From Leucoraja ocellata (lineage: Eukaryota), in contig JAWMAR010000009.1 of the NCBI GenBank assembly GCA_036785375.1, positions 9,424,001 through 9,488,000 on the forward strand: 64,000 nucleotides of DNA, written 5' to 3'. Shown piece after piece: positions 1-28,000 of the stretch; position 1 is the first letter of the stretch; the number at the start of each line of letters is the position of its first letter. A model generated the notes under the pieces. That model did no database searches, had not been told where the DNA came from, and saw only the letters and a list, made by a program, of their open reading frames with translations. A program made the translations under genes and the position numbers.

Positions 1-1248
1 GCGATTGAGGAGAAATAAAATAATAGTCAGTTCTTCAATTCTAATTGAGATAGATGAAGAGGGATTTTACCGTGACAACAGTCATATTTGTGACTGATTT
101 CACTTCAGGGCGACAAGAACCTCACAATGAGTTCAAATTTGTACCTGCAAAAAGGCTGCATATGGAATAGTGAAGCAATAAACAAGTTCAATTAGTTTGA
201 AAGGGAAAGGATAGAGATAGGAATGGCAGAGGGTCCTAGGCTGTTTGTACTTTTGAGACTAATGGTGACAGCAGATTGGTAGAGTGAAGATAGTACCCCA
301 TGGAGAGTAAACGGTTAATACGTGAGCATCAGGTTGCAAGTCCTGTGGGCACAAGGAAAAATAGGAGGGAGGGAAACAAAAGATAAATTATATCTCTCAT
401 TATTTTCTTGCTAGTTTCCCATTAGTTTCTTGCTAGTATGCAACGTACCTTTTGTAATATCTATGGTAAGCATGGGCTTGCCTGGTAATACTTAAAAGTT
501 ACATAAGCCATCATAATGTCATTTAAAATCTGAGGTAATAAAATCCTGGATGAACAATTTTTTTTTTTTGCTTGAAATACAATAAAAGCCTATAATTCTT
601 TTGGCATTAGTCTAAAGTTTCCTACCTTTGGAAACCAATTTATTCCAAATTTGTCAGAACACAACACAAGCGTGCTGTATCATTATGATTGATGTTGTTA
701 TTCCTTCCGAAGTTGTATATTTCCACCTCATTCATACTAGCATTGTTCTGCGATTACCTTCAGACTTGGTAACTTCAAGTTTCCCATTGCTGGCTTAGCA
801 AATTTCATTTCGTCAGCTAACGATCAGTTCCCATTTTCTCTCAGTCCTGTGCTCTTTCTTTTCAGTAAGATTCAGTATTTTCTAGGCTGTACCGCATCTG
901 TTTTTCACCCATGTATTCTTATTCAGTGGGGTGGCATCCTCAAACTTTCACACTTCAATATTTGACTTCTTTCTACCTTGCCAAGATCACCAAGTCTTGG
1001 ACCATTTCAGTTTTGCTCTCTGGAAATATTTCTCTTCAAATTAGCACACTATTAATTATCTTGCCTCTGGACAAAACATCCTTCAAATACCATGAGGTGG
1101 TAGGAGAGAATGCATGGGATATTGGGGGAGGTGTATGGAGCATAAGGGAATCTCTGGAGTTAATGTTTTTTTGTTCCTCCAAAGTTGCTGCTTGCGTTTC
1201 TTTTTAACTTGCTACTTTTAATTGTTCTGGATTTGATTTTATTGATAA

Positions 1249-15474
<14,226 letters not shown>

Positions 15475-15683
15475 AGTTGCTATAAATGGAGCTGGGAAAA
15501 GCTACCAATCAGCCATATCAGAAATGTATTCTGGCCTGACACTGCTGAACCTGGAAGCTAGTGAGAAATGGTGAAGGAATGAAGCCCATGGCACTTGAAG
15601 AGTTTACAGATTATAGCATCCCACATACTCATTGCCCTGCCCAACTCTGTCAAAATCAAGATATATGCATTAAACATGATTTT

Positions 15684-15689
15684 AATAAA
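15684..15689 (+). terminator. Candidate proximal NMT1 polyA signal AATAAA (further candidates at 17802 and 21460)
   Basis: First AATAAA, about 210 nt after the NMT1 stop codon. Confidence 0.35.
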
Positions 15690-15920
15690 TGGATTAGAAC
15701 TAGTCAAATTGGAAAAGGCAATGTCAAGAGTGTCCAAAGATTGAAGCAGTGTCTTATATCTCTGAGCTTTGACCAAGATTTATCTCGCCCAAAAAGCCAC
15801 ATCAACAAAAACAGGTTTCTTATTAAACTGTTTAAGAATCTAATTTCTTAATGTATTAATTTGGTAATTATTATCTGTAGATGATTGTCTTTTCATAGAG
15901 TTTTATGGTGACCTCATATA

Positions 15921-17517
15921 CAGTGCTCTCCGTAATGTTTGGGACAAAGACCCGTCATTTATTTATTTGCCTCTGTACTCCACAATTTGAGATTTGTAAT
16001 AGAAAAGAATCACATGTGGTTAAAGTGCACATTGCCAGATTTTAATAAAGGCAATTTTAATAAATTTTGCTTTCACCATGTAGAAATTACAGCAGTGTTT
16101 ATACGTACTTCCCCCCATTTCAGGGCGCCATAATGTTTGGGACACAGCAATTTCATGTAAATGAAAGTATGTTTAGTATTTTGTTGCATATCCCTTGCAT
16201 GCAATGACTGCTTGAAGTCTGCGATTCATGGACATCATCAGTTGCTGGGTGTCTTCTCTGGTGATGGTCTGCCAGGGCAGTATTGCAGCCATCTTTAGCT
16301 TATGCTTGTTTTGGGAGCTAATCCCCTTCAGTTTTCTCTTCAGCATATAAAAGGCTTGGGTTCAGATCAGGTGATTGACTTGGCCACACAATAATTGACC
16401 ATTTTTTAGCTTTGAAAAACTCCATTGTTGATTTTGCATTATGTTTTGGATCATTGTCTTGCTGTAGAATGAACCGCCGGCTGATGAGTTTTGAGGCATT
16501 TGTTTGAACGTGAGCAGATAGAATGTGTTTATACACGTCAGATTTCATTATGCTATTACCATTAGCAGTTGTATCATCAATGAAGATAAGTGAGACAGTC
16601 AGCAGCCATACATGCCCATAATACCCCCACCACTGTGTTTTACAGATGAGGTGGTATGCTTTGGATCTTGGGCAGTTCCTTCTTTCCTTCATACTTTGCT
16701 CTTGCCATCACTCTGATATAATTTAATCTTCGTCTCATCTGTCCACAAGATCTTTTTCCAGAACTGTGGTTGCTCTTTTAAGTACTTCTTGGCGAACTGT
16801 AACCCGGGCATCCTATTTTTGTGGCTTTGCATCTTGCAGTGTAGTTTGTGTTTCTGTTCATGAAGTCTTCTGCGGACAGTGGTCATTGACAAATCCACAC
16901 CTGCCTTCTGAAGAGTGTTTCTGATCTGTCTGACAGGTGTTTGGGATTTTTTCTTTATTATAGAGAGAATTCTTCTCTCATCAGCTGTGGAAGACTTCCT
17001 TGGCCTGCCAGTCCCTTTGCAATTAGTAAGCTCACCAGTGCTCTCTTTCTTCTTAATGATGTCCCAAATAGTTGATTTTGGTAAGCCAAGGTTTGGCTGA
17101 TGTCTCTTAACAGTTTTATTCTTGTTTCTCAGTCTCATAATGGCTTATTTGACTTTCATTGGCACAACTTTGGTCCTCACGTTGATAAAACAGCAATACA
17201 AGTTTCCAAAGGTGATGGAAAGACTGGATGAAAGAATAGGTGCTGAGAGCTCTCTTATACCTGCATTAAGGAGGCAATTAAACACACCTGAGCAATTACA
17301 AACGCCTGTGAAACCATGTGTCCCAAACATGATGGCCCTGAAATGGGGGGAACTATGTATAAACACAGCTGTAATGTATAAAAAATACCCTTTAATAAAA
17401 TCTGACAGTGCACTTTAACCACATGTGATTTTTTTCTATTACAAATCTCAAATTTTGGAGGACAGATGCAAATAAATAAATGATGGGTCTTTGTCCTAAA
17501 CATTATGGAAGGCACTG
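15921..17517 (-). mobile_element. Full-length Tc1-family (IR/DR type, DD34E) transposon with a pseudogenised transposase
   Basis: TA|CAGTG...CACTG|TA; TIRs of about 225 bp with inner direct repeats (ataatgtttgggaca); ORF pieces contain GRPRK, LWTDETKI, QQDNDPKH, WPSQSPDLNP; frameshifts and loss of the catalytic E. Confidence 0.95.
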
Positions 17518-18877
17518 TATTGAGCATGCTTTAAGCAGCATTTCCAATGCAGTGGGACATGCTTACGTATGAGGGTGGGAGTTTTCCAGACTAGAGTTTT
17601 GGGGTTCTCTACAACTGCAGGTTACCAAAAAGTGTTGTCTTCATACACTTTTGTTTGTTTTCTGATCAAATTTGAGGATAGGTTGCCACGTTAAACCTGA
17701 GAAGAGTAGCTTGCTGGGATGAAATGAGTTGAACCTTGTGTTAGGCTTAAGACAAAAACTAAACACACAACAGTTGATGGAAATCATTGTTTAATTTAGG
17801 AAATAAAAAATGTGTTGCAAAATCTAGAAGTTAACAGTACGGTTATGGTGGAGTATTCCTTCCAAAGCGCTTCACTGTGTTTTTGCTTCTCATTCTGCTG
17901 CTCTGTTTATGTTTCCCTCCCTGAACACGATCACTTTGTTTATCTGCCTCTCCTGCTGCGTTTGTACCTTTCTTACAAGTCTTGAAAGTGAAGGTTCTAA
18001 ATTGATCATTTATTTGTAGGATCACAAAAGCTATCTGGACTATCACTGTTTCAGAAGCAAGTAGCTTCCTAAATATGGACTTGGTTCACAATTGGCAAAG
18101 TTTGGTGATCTTGACAACCTGGCCATTGAACAAATGTAGGTATCTTGGTGATATAATATGTTACCAAAATGGATCTTTTTAACATATTTCTGAGAACTGA
18201 ATTACCCCAGTCCTTCTAACTACTGGAACTATATATTTTTGACGGTTTTCCATATTACTCTGATCGTAAATTTTATTCTTAGTTTATGGTAATTCATTTT
18301 CAATGCGTATAATGATCCACAAAACTCAGTGTCTGCGTTTAACACAAGGCCTGCATTCAACATCTGTTCTCACCCAGAAGCGTGATCGATGGTCAGCATG
18401 GACTCAATGGGCCGAAAGGCCTGTTTTAACTAAACTAAACTAAACTTTTTGCTTTAACTCCTAAAAAAAATCTCTAGAGAGCCTTGTGCACCCAAAGGTT
18501 GATTTATTAGTTAATTTATCTATATTACTAAAAGTAAAATCTTGACCATTTCCTGTTTTTCTGTTTCATGATTTTTGAAAAAAACTTGCGGCTGTGATTT
18601 TTGGCCATCTTGCTCAGAGTCACCCTCCACTGCGCAGGACAAGAGGATGTTTCCCATCGATAAAAAATAAAATAGTTCTTAATGTATTAAATGTTGACCT
18701 CTCTGCTGCCCCTGCTGGTGGGAGAGGGGAGGGACTATAAAACCCGGATGTGTTGTACCTCACTCAGTCTCTGCAAGATGGAGGAAGTGGGAGGGTCATG
18801 TCTCTCTGAGCTGTGAATAGCACTGGACACATGTCTACTCAACTGTGAGTGCCTTAATGTGTTTTGAAAATGAATAT

Positions 18878-19060
18878 GTAACTGCTTTGAAATGCTGCAC
18901 TGCAAATGGCTGTTGGTGGTGGTAACTGCTTTGAAATGCTGCACTGCAAATGGCTGTTGGTGGTGGTAACTGCTTTGATATGTTGCACTGCAAATGGCTG
19001 TTGGTGGTGGTAACTGCTTTGATGTGTTGCACTGCAAATGGCTGGTGGTGGTGGTAACTT
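18878..19060. repeat. 44-bp minisatellite, about 4 copies
   Basis: Unit gtaactgctttgaaatgctgcactgcaaatggctgttggtggtg. Confidence 0.9.
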
Positions 19061-19422
19061 GACAACTTCCTGTTTGCACTTTATATTGATTTTAGATAAA
19101 ATGCTACTACTTACGGCTGTGATTTTTGGCCATCTTACTCAGTCCCCCTTTGTTCATCAGGTGCAGAGGATTCTTCCCATCAATTAAAAATAAAAGTGTT
19201 ATTAGTGTTTAAAAAAAATGTTGAGAATGTCAATCATGCCATGAAGGCCACAACCCTTCCGGTGAGAGGGCGGAGGGATTATAAAACCCGGAAGTGTGGG
19301 AGTGGCTCAATCTCTGCAAGATGAGGGAGGGAGAGGTCACGACTCTGAGCTTTGAATCAACTGAACACACTGAATGTCTACTGTACTGTGAATGTGGTGT
19401 TTATGTGTTTTTTTGGTGGTTT

Positions 19423-19630
19423 CACCCTGCTTGAAATGGTATGAAACTGCATTTGAATGTGGTGGCCTTGCACCCTGCATGATATGGTATGAAACTGCAC
19501 TTGAATTTGGTGGCCTTGCACCCTGCATGAAATGGTATGAAACTGCACTTGAATTTGGTGGTCTTGCACCCTGCTTGAAATGGTAGGAAACTGCATTTGA
19601 ATTTGGTGGCCTTGTACCCTGCTTGAAATG
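19423..19630. repeat. 48-bp minisatellite, about 4.3 copies
   Basis: Unit caccctgcttgaaatggtatgaaactgcatttgaatttggtggccttg. Confidence 0.9.
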
Positions 19631-21756
19631 GAATTTCTAGGATTAACCGTGAGTCAGCTACTCGCCCACCAGCCACGAGTGAGCTGCCAGCATTTCAGTC
19701 TTGAGACTGAGCTGTCACCCCAAGAATCCATTTGGCCAACAATGTCCATTCTAGCCCTCTGGAAACCAGTCCTTTCAGCCCACAATACACAGAAAGCCAC
19801 GCCACGCCCCCCCCCCCCCAAATGGGTCCCACTTAGTCTAGTATATTATTATTATTGGTGTGCTATTGGGCTTCTGAAGAAGAGCGTTTATCATAATGGT
19901 AGGTGATACACATTTGGTGCTTCTGCTCACCTTGCACCTTCTCAGATAGTCCCTCGGTGTTGTAAATTAATTGCTTCCACTGTAGCTCCGTGCCCTCTGA
20001 AATGGGTGACAAGACAAGACCAAAGTGGAATTCACAGACTGCCAAAGGTGGGGAAGGAGGTCCATGACATTGAGGTGAGTAACTTGGGTGCGGATGCATT
20101 CCTTTCACGATTCACTCTTGGTTTCTGTCACCTTTCAATGCCTGGGCTTCTCACTTGCTGTGCTGGATACTCCTCATCCAGTTTTAGTGTCATGCGCCAG
20201 GGATGCCCACCAGTCAATGTGGGAAGGTTGCATTTCTTCATAGAGGCTTTGAACACATTTTTCAATCATGTCCTCAGACCAATTTCTTACTACAATGAAA
20301 CTAGGACCTCCAGATTGCCTGTTTGGTGTCAGATATGGTCTGAGTAATGGAACCAACTATGTGTAATTAGGGCCTCAATGCTGGAGGATGTAGGTCTGGA
20401 AGGGAACACATGTTTGTTTATTTACCCTCCACTGAATTTGAAGGATTTTGCATGGACAGCATGGGTCATATCTTTCCAGGGCCTTGGAAATGACTGCTGT
20501 ATGCAGACCAGGCCTCAGAAATGTGCAGGAGAATGGGGGATCACTGCTACCTCGAGGACCATGAGTATTGTGCCAAGTTTTGAGGTCTTGATCTTCAAAC
20601 ACTCTTTTCCTCAGATATCCAAGGCAGCTTGAAGGTGATAACGAATTTTGCCCATGATGTCTGTCTTTGCTGGAAGGCAGCTTCAAATATAAGGCTAGCA
20701 ACCCTCATTATTCAGGGTTTTTTGTTGGAGGGAATGTTTTAGAGAGAAAGCAGATTGGCAGCGAAACATTCATTTATCAAGCAATATGGAAAAGGGTTTC
20801 GGCCCGAAACATTGCCTATTTCCTTCGCTCCATAGATGCCGCTGCACCCGCTGAGTTTCTCCAGCTTTTTTGTGTATATTCATTTATAAATGTTGAATGC
20901 AATGTACATTCCTTCGTATGCTTCAGTGAATGAATCAATAGCTTGAAGCTGGGTGTCTGAACATGCACAAGGGCATCATCTGTGCACTGCAGGTCAATAG
21001 AAACATAGAAAATAGGTGCAGGAGTAGGCCATTCGACCCTTCGAGCCAGCACCGCCATTCAATATAATCATGGCTGATCATCCAAAATCAGTACCCCCCC
21101 GTTCCCGCCTTCTCTCCCAATAGGGTGGAGTTCGAGTGACCTAGGTTTGTTATTTGCCAGATGCCCGTTTATTGCCTGATGAATAGGTGCAGTGAGACCA
21201 GGTTCCTGAGGCAAGATTTCACGTTTAAATCATCGTTTCGAAGAAATGTAAGTGAGCTCTTGGCACCAGCAGAGAGAGCAGGAGAAGAAGCAGTGAAACA
21301 AAATATCACAGATTCTGGGCATCTGGAAACAAACTCACTGAAATTGCTGACAAAAAGCTGGTTACACAGAATTGACAAAGTACTGTATAGAGCTGCCCCT
21401 GTATTAGGCACTGAAGTCTTTCAGCCATTGTGTGTTTTTAAAGCAGACTAGTGCAGTAAAATAAAATAATCACCCACATAGCATAGTCATGACGGAATTG
21501 GTGTAACGTACTGTGGGACTGCAATCCCTCAGTCTGCTTGTTCTTGGGTTAAGATGAAACTCTTCCATGCCAGAGGTGAGGGGTCAGAAATTTCTTAAAC
21601 TGCACATCTGCAATGATACTTCCTTTGATCCCATTACCCCAACCTCATAAACCCCAACCTGCAATACTTGTGATAAATTGATATGATAAAAGCACTATAC
21701 AACAATACATAATTGACAGACTTCAAATATGAACAGGCCAGAAGTCTTAATGATAA

Positions 21757-21762
21757 TTTATT
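21757..21762 (-). terminator. Candidate PLCD3 polyadenylation signal AATAAA
   Basis: tttatt on the + strand, with GU/U-rich sequence downstream on the - strand; implies a 3'UTR of about 3.2 kb. Confidence 0.5.
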
Positions 21763-23254
21763 TTACAAAGAACAGTATTCTGCATTCCAGACTGTCACAC
21801 AGTCTAACACTACTTGCATTATTTACATTAATAGTGCCTTATTTTAAACGGTCAACATTTTTTTCATAATTTCTTCAGCTCTCCCCTTTGTTCGTCATGC
21901 TTCTTTATGTCTCTGTTATGTACAAAGCCGTAGTGATCATCCTCTCAAGTGACATTAAATACGTGACCTTTGCACACAGTTTGTCTTGTCCTCTCCTTAG
22001 TAGAGTTTCCAGTAATATTTGCTGACCCAGAGCCACTTTATCCGCATCCCCAGCTCCATCGGGTCCCATTGAGACCCGCAACTCCTAAGATAGAAGCGAA
22101 AGGCTGGAGTAACTCAGCGAGACAGGCACCCCCAACTCCTGCTCCTTCGTGGTCCCACCAACAGCTCAGCCCAACACATTTGGTCTCAGAAGGCCACAGG
22201 ACAGTTTCCCCCTCCAGCTGAATCCCCTTGTTGTTCCCTGGTGCATCTGCTCAGCGTGTCTGGACAGGGTCAGTAGTCTGCTTCTGATCCTGTCTAGACC
22301 GTTCTAACCCCATGCATCAGAAACAAATGGAGAGCACTCCCCACCACGCCTACTCCACATTCCTTAATAACATTTACCCAACAAAGCCCACCAATTATGC
22401 TTTTGTCTTTTCCAATTGGCCTCTAGCCTCAAAGCTTTGGGGAGAGGGAGTTCCACATTTCTACACCCTTTGGACAAAGAGGAGTTTCCCCGTTATCACT
22501 CTGAATGCCTTGGGTCCATTCTCAACCCAGTCCATTTTGACAACATTCCTACCAAGACTCACTACCACAGCCACATATCCTTGCTCAGAATGCTCCAGAT
22601 TCCATAGGAAATAAATTCTCTGTGTGACTGGCAAAAGGACCAAAAGTGGGATAAGGAAAACATTTCAATGAGTGGCTATGGTCTGGAATGTACTGCCTAG
22701 CAGGACAGCTGAAGTACTGTGGATTCAATCGTGACTAAACGGAATGGGAGATGTACTCAAAAGGAAAGGATTTGCAGGCCTCCGGAGAATGAGCTGGAGA
22801 AAGGGATGGACTAGATTGTTCTTAAAGCTTAAACTGGGCCTCCATTTGAGTTATGCTTAAGGTATAATTCTATTAATGCAGTAAATCACTTAAACATATT
22901 GAACACCACCATTAAATCAGCCGTGAATTTATAAGCAACTAAAAGCGTAGTTTGTGCCACCGGGCTTTCAATTGTTCTGCCTGGTATCACGATGGTTATG
23001 CTTTCCAATGACTGGCCCAGGTGGAGATTTGGCTGGGAGTGGAGGAGCAGGTGTCCTTGAGGCCAATGAGATGGTGAACTCCATGAACAGAGGGATTTCC
23101 AAGGTTCACAAGAGGATGGTCCCAGTTCTTAAGCAGGAATGTCACCATCCACAAAGGTGGATGTAGTGTCTGGTGCTTGTGTTCTGACATAAGCTTCAGG
23201 AAAATAAACATGGTCCTTTGCAGAAATGCCAAAGAGATCTAGATCTAGTTTTCT

Positions 23255-23645
23255 TACATTAAGAAGTGAACTGAGGATTGGTGATCTTACAGAGGTGTAT
23301 AAAATCATGAGGCAATAAATAGAGTGAATGCACAATCTTTTACAAGGACAGGGAAATCAAGAACTAGAGGGTATAGGTTTAAGATGAGGGTGGACAAACA
23401 TAATAGGAATCTGAGGAGAAATGATTTCACACAGAGTAGTTTGTATATGGAACACGCTGCCAGGGATGTAGTTGAGCCAGGTACAATAACAACACTTAAA
23501 ATACATTTTGACAGGTTCATAGGTCGGAAAGATTTAGGGATATGGGGCAAATGCAGATAAATGGGCCGAACTTAGATGAGGTATTTTGGTTGGCATGTAA
23601 GAAATGAGCCGATTGGCCATTTCCATGCTGTATTACTCGGACTTT
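23255..23645 (+). mobile_element. Old CR1 LINE 3' fragment in the presumed PLCD3 3'UTR
   Basis: Translates as KSRTRGYRFK...NDFTQ. Confidence 0.75.
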
Positions 23646-25005
23646 ATGAAAACTGAATAAGATTCACATCTCCAGAGACTTAGAATAAAATTAGGAAATT
23701 ACGAGGAACAAGGCAGGATATGGACTTCTACAGCATAGAAACAGGCCCCTCAACCCAATTCATCCATACTGACCAAGATGTCTACCTGAGTTGGCCCATA
23801 TTCAATTTTAGTTAAGCACATTTTTTAAACAGACGGTATGATGAATTACAGGGGAAGAGAGAATCGAGTGGTCTCCTGGGTATGGTTGCTTGTTGAATCC
23901 CAATCAGTGCTGGAAGGTAATGGCTACGGGATCTGAGATGACATGAAGAGCAGTTCCAGCCAATGGAGACCTTGAGACTTCTGGACAGGAAAGGCTCGAG
24001 GGTGAGCTCCCAGGAGCATTAGCGACGCCATTGCGTGAGTGACCAGATGGAATGAGCAAAGCTGGGTCAGGCTTTTCCAGATATGGAATAGCTAGCTGTT
24101 GGACTGAAAGGGAAGGGCTGAGGCTGGAGGCCTACACATGCTGGAAGAGTGAGGATGCAGTGAGGGCAAAGCCACCAGTGCTATCCCCAATGTAGTGGTG
24201 GATTCCTTGAAACATTCCCATGGACCATTCAGATCAGAAGAATCCCTGCTCTGTGCTGACCTATAAATCCCACATCTATCCAGGCTCGCTTGGCTGCTCG
24301 ATTCTACTTTGGCAAATGTCCCCCAACTAACAGCCAGCCCTAGTGGTCAAACACTTCAGAACCTCCCTGCCCACATTGCTCTCTGTACACCCCTGCTTAT
24401 TCCCATCCAGCGACAGGGGGGCAGGGGTGACAGCTGGCTGGAGTTGAGGGTGAGGATCAGAGAGTTTGTAAGTCAGGTCCCAATGCGCTCACATAGCAAG
24501 GCCCTGAGGTTTGGAACAGAGCGGTCAGTGACTGGGAAGTTCATGGAACCACTGATACTGCAGGGAGCCAGTGGTCGCACCTGGAACAGCTGGGATCCAA
24601 CCTGCAAGAGCAACTTGCAGTAGAAGTTCTCATTAAACATCTGGGGAGACGTGAAGCTCCCTGAAGTATGGGAGTTTGGTTTTACTGTATCTTCGGGATA
24701 GACGATGGAATGGGCAGCACTGCTGGACCAACTTCCAAGCACTGCATTTTGAAAATAGGGAGCGTTTGCAAGGTACGCATCATCCATGCAGACTGAACAA
24801 GGTCCACTCACTGCCCTGCCCACAACGTATCTCTGGTTTAAAGTTTCTCCCCACGTTGCCATGTTACAATAACGACTCTTATCACTGTATACGTTCGAAG
24901 GTCGATTCCAGTCCCCATCGTGTCAACTCGATTCTAGTCCCCATTGACAGCCCTGGGCTGCTGCACCAACTCCCGCACTCGTTCCGGCTGTCAGCTCGCT
25001 CCTCA

Positions 25006-25094
25006 TTACAGGTTCCTAATCCTGACCCGAACAAAGAGGGTGGCGGGTGAGAGGGACGCGGAGTCCCTGGCCAACAGGTGGATGTGGCGATAGC
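25006..25094 (-). CDS. PLCD3: PLCD3 exon 15 (last coding exon)
   Basis: ctgcag|GC TAT CGC...; [29 protein letters not shown] then TAA, followed by TGA. Confidence 0.95.
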
Positions 25095-28000
25095 CTGCAG
25101 AGACAGACAGGACTTGCATTAAAGAGCTGCCAGCAGAGGGGGGTTAGAGAGAGTGGGGGACAATAGTCCGCGGTGCCCAAACAGGGAGTCAACACTTCAC
25201 CCACCTTGTCCATCCCTTCAGCCCGAATCCGACTAAAACACAAATGGATGATGTGGAGCTGGGGGTGGGGGTGGGGGGTGGGGGTGGGGGGGGGGTTCGA
25301 CACAATACGATCGGGGGCAGGGAAATCCAGTCCCGCTAATGTGTAAGAAGGAACTAGCTGCAGATGCTGGTTTAAACCGAAGATAGAGTAAACCAAAAAG
25401 CTGGAGTGACTCAGCGGTACAGGCAGTATCTCTGGAGAGAAGTTTTGAGAGCTGCATCTCTGGGTGAGATCCACCCTTCCACCCTTCTTCAGACGGTACA
25501 GACAAAACTTGGATTAAAGAACCGCCGGCAGAGGAGTATGAAGAAGGGTCTCATAGTTAGCTTTCATAGCGAAAGGATTTGAGTCTAGGAGCAGGGAGGT
25601 TCTACTGCAGTTGTACAGGGTCTTGGTGAGACCACACCTGGAGTATTGCGTACAGTTTTGGTCTCCAAATCTGAGGAAGGACATTATTGCCATAGAGGGA
25701 GTGCAGAGAAGGTTCACCAGACTGATTCCTGGGATGTCAGGACTGTCTTATGAAGAAAGACTGGATAGACTTGGTTTATACTCTCTAGAATTTAGGAGAT
25801 TGAGAGGGGATCTTATAGAAACTTACAAAATTTTTAAGGGGTTGGACAGGCTAGATGCAGAAAGATTGCTCCCGATGTTGGGGAAGTCCAGGACAAGGGG
25901 TCACAGCTTAAGGATAAGGGGGAAATCCTTTAAAACTGAGATGAGAAGAACCTTTTTCACACAGAGAGTGGTGAATCTCTGGAACTCTCTGCCGCAGAGG
26001 GTAGTCGAGGCCAGTTCATTGGCTATATTTAAGAGGGAGTTAGATGTGGCCCTTGTGGCTAAGGGGATCAGAGGGTATGGAGAGAAGGCAGGTACGGGAT
26101 ACTGAGTTGGATGATCAGCCATGATCATATTGAATGGCGGTGCAGGCTCGAAGGGCCGAATGGCCTACTCCTGCACCTAATTTCTATGTTTCTATGTCTC
26201 GACCCCAGATGTCACCCATTTCTTCTCTCCAGCGATGCTGCCTGAGTTACTCCAGCTTTTTGTGTCTATCTCCATTCCTGCTAATGACGAGGAGCCGAGA
26301 GCTGAGACCCGGGTCCTGGCGATGGTCCTGACTGGCAGCAAGGGGTTGGGGCAAAGTGGTGCCACCTGCAGAAGGGGGCAGTCAAGGTCCAGGGTGAGGT
26401 TGGTGGGTGGAAGTGGTGCAGTCTGTAGAACCAGGCAGTTGGTGTAGGGTGGGGTGGCAGTTGAGGTCCAGGGCTAGGGGCGATGTCGGCAGGATCAGGG
26501 TGGGGAATGGGTAGACTAAAGTTCATTCTGCAAGGGTGGGGGGTGAGGGGGGGGGGGGGGGTCAGTGTATGCAGGGTCTCTAGAGTGTTGCTCACCTTCT
26601 TTCACGCTGGTGAAGGGGAGTGTGAACTGCCCGATAAAGTCGTTGCTGGAAGACGAGTCGTAATCTTCGACCAGGAACCGGATCAGCGTCAGCTCGGGAA
26701 CGCTGATGGTAAACCGGAGCAACTCATTCCACACTGGGTTAAAACCTGTAACTCCGCAAAGGACACGGCAATCAGTAACAGCTCCTGTCTCGGGTAAGCG
26801 GATAGCAATAGGAATCCTAAACCTGACCTGCTCCTTCACAAACGCTGGCTGGTTTGAACCTCCGTTCCATTGTCATGTGGGGAGAGGTTTAGGCTGAGCC
26901 TGTTGACTCCGGAGAGATGATCTCACAGAAGCACAACACTGTTCTCACATTGCCACGGTGCAAGGATGTTGCTTCCCTTGCTGAGGTGTTCAGAACCAGG
27001 GGTCTGATACCCAAATTAAGGGATCAGTCAATCAAGACCGGACTCTGCTATCGTAATACCTGAGGGGGCTGGATCCTCAGTGGCTGAGAATATTCAAGAG
27101 GGGGATCAATGAATTGGCTGGGGTTGGAGGTGTGGAGGGAGAAGTTATTCTTGTTGAATAAAGGGGCAACAGGAGGGGGGCGAAAGGTCTATTAATTTTC
27201 CTATTTCTTATGCCTTTATATGTAAGACAAACCAGGCCCCTCAGCACATTTTACCTTCCCCAGAAAGTAAGGGCTTCTAACCACAGCAGGTTCAAAGCAT
27301 GGGGACACCAGAGATAGTATCTGCTAGTCCAGCCAGCCCTCAATGTTAGGATCTTCTGCATCTATCAATCAATCAATCAATCAATCAACCTTTATTGTCA
27401 TCTTGCAAGCAACAGTTGTACAGTGCAAAATGAAAAGACGTTTCCCAGGGAATAGCGGAGCATCGCACATGAAATTTAAAACGTTTCACACATAATAACA
27501 CTAAAAACAATCCAGTCCCTGATGGAACAGTATAAATAAATAGTTAAAAGCAGGTAAAACACAACGTTAAAATACAATAAACCAATCATAAAAATGTCCG
27601 GGGCAGCTGATTTGAGTGGCCAGTGCCAGTTATCAAAGTGGCCAGTGCCAGTTATTAAAGTGCCAGCCGCAGAATCAAGTGACTGTGAATACAGAGTGAC
27701 TGTTTAGCAGCCTCACAGCCTGTGGTAGGAAGCTGTTTAGCAGTCTTGTAGTCCGGGCTTTGATGCTTCGATATCTCTTGCCTGATGGCAGAAGATCCAG
27801 GTGTATGAGGAGGGGGTGCAGTTTGTCCTTAGCAATTCTCTGAGCTTTTTTCAGACAGCGGCTCTGGAACAGTTCTTGTACCGAGGGTAGGGAGACGCCA
27901 ATGATCCTCTCTGCTCCCCTCACTGTCCTCTGCAGAGCCTTCCTATCCGAGCAGTTGCAGGTGGAGTACCACGTATTTATGCAGTACGTGTGTACAGACT

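Larger units (their letters stand above)
18519..19841 (+). mobile_element. Non-autonomous Helitron-like element with internal minisatellites
   Basis: Starts A|TCTATATTACTAAAA, ends GTCTAG|T, no TSD; weak subterminal hairpin cccaaatggg; internal duplication. Confidence 0.7.

Noticed and set aside
911-1207. ORF containing GWHPQ, reminiscent of the preceding NMT exon (PPGWLPQWH)
   Set aside because: The flanking residues do not match; a chance similarity, and the true exon lies upstream of the window.
18878-19630. CRISPR-like regularly spaced repeats
   Set aside because: The units are contiguous tandem repeats with no unique spacers, there are no cas genes, and the context is eukaryotic.
24309-25050. 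ORFs of 100-130 aa downstream of the PLCD3 stop codon
   Set aside because: No homology motifs; consistent with 3'UTR sequence.
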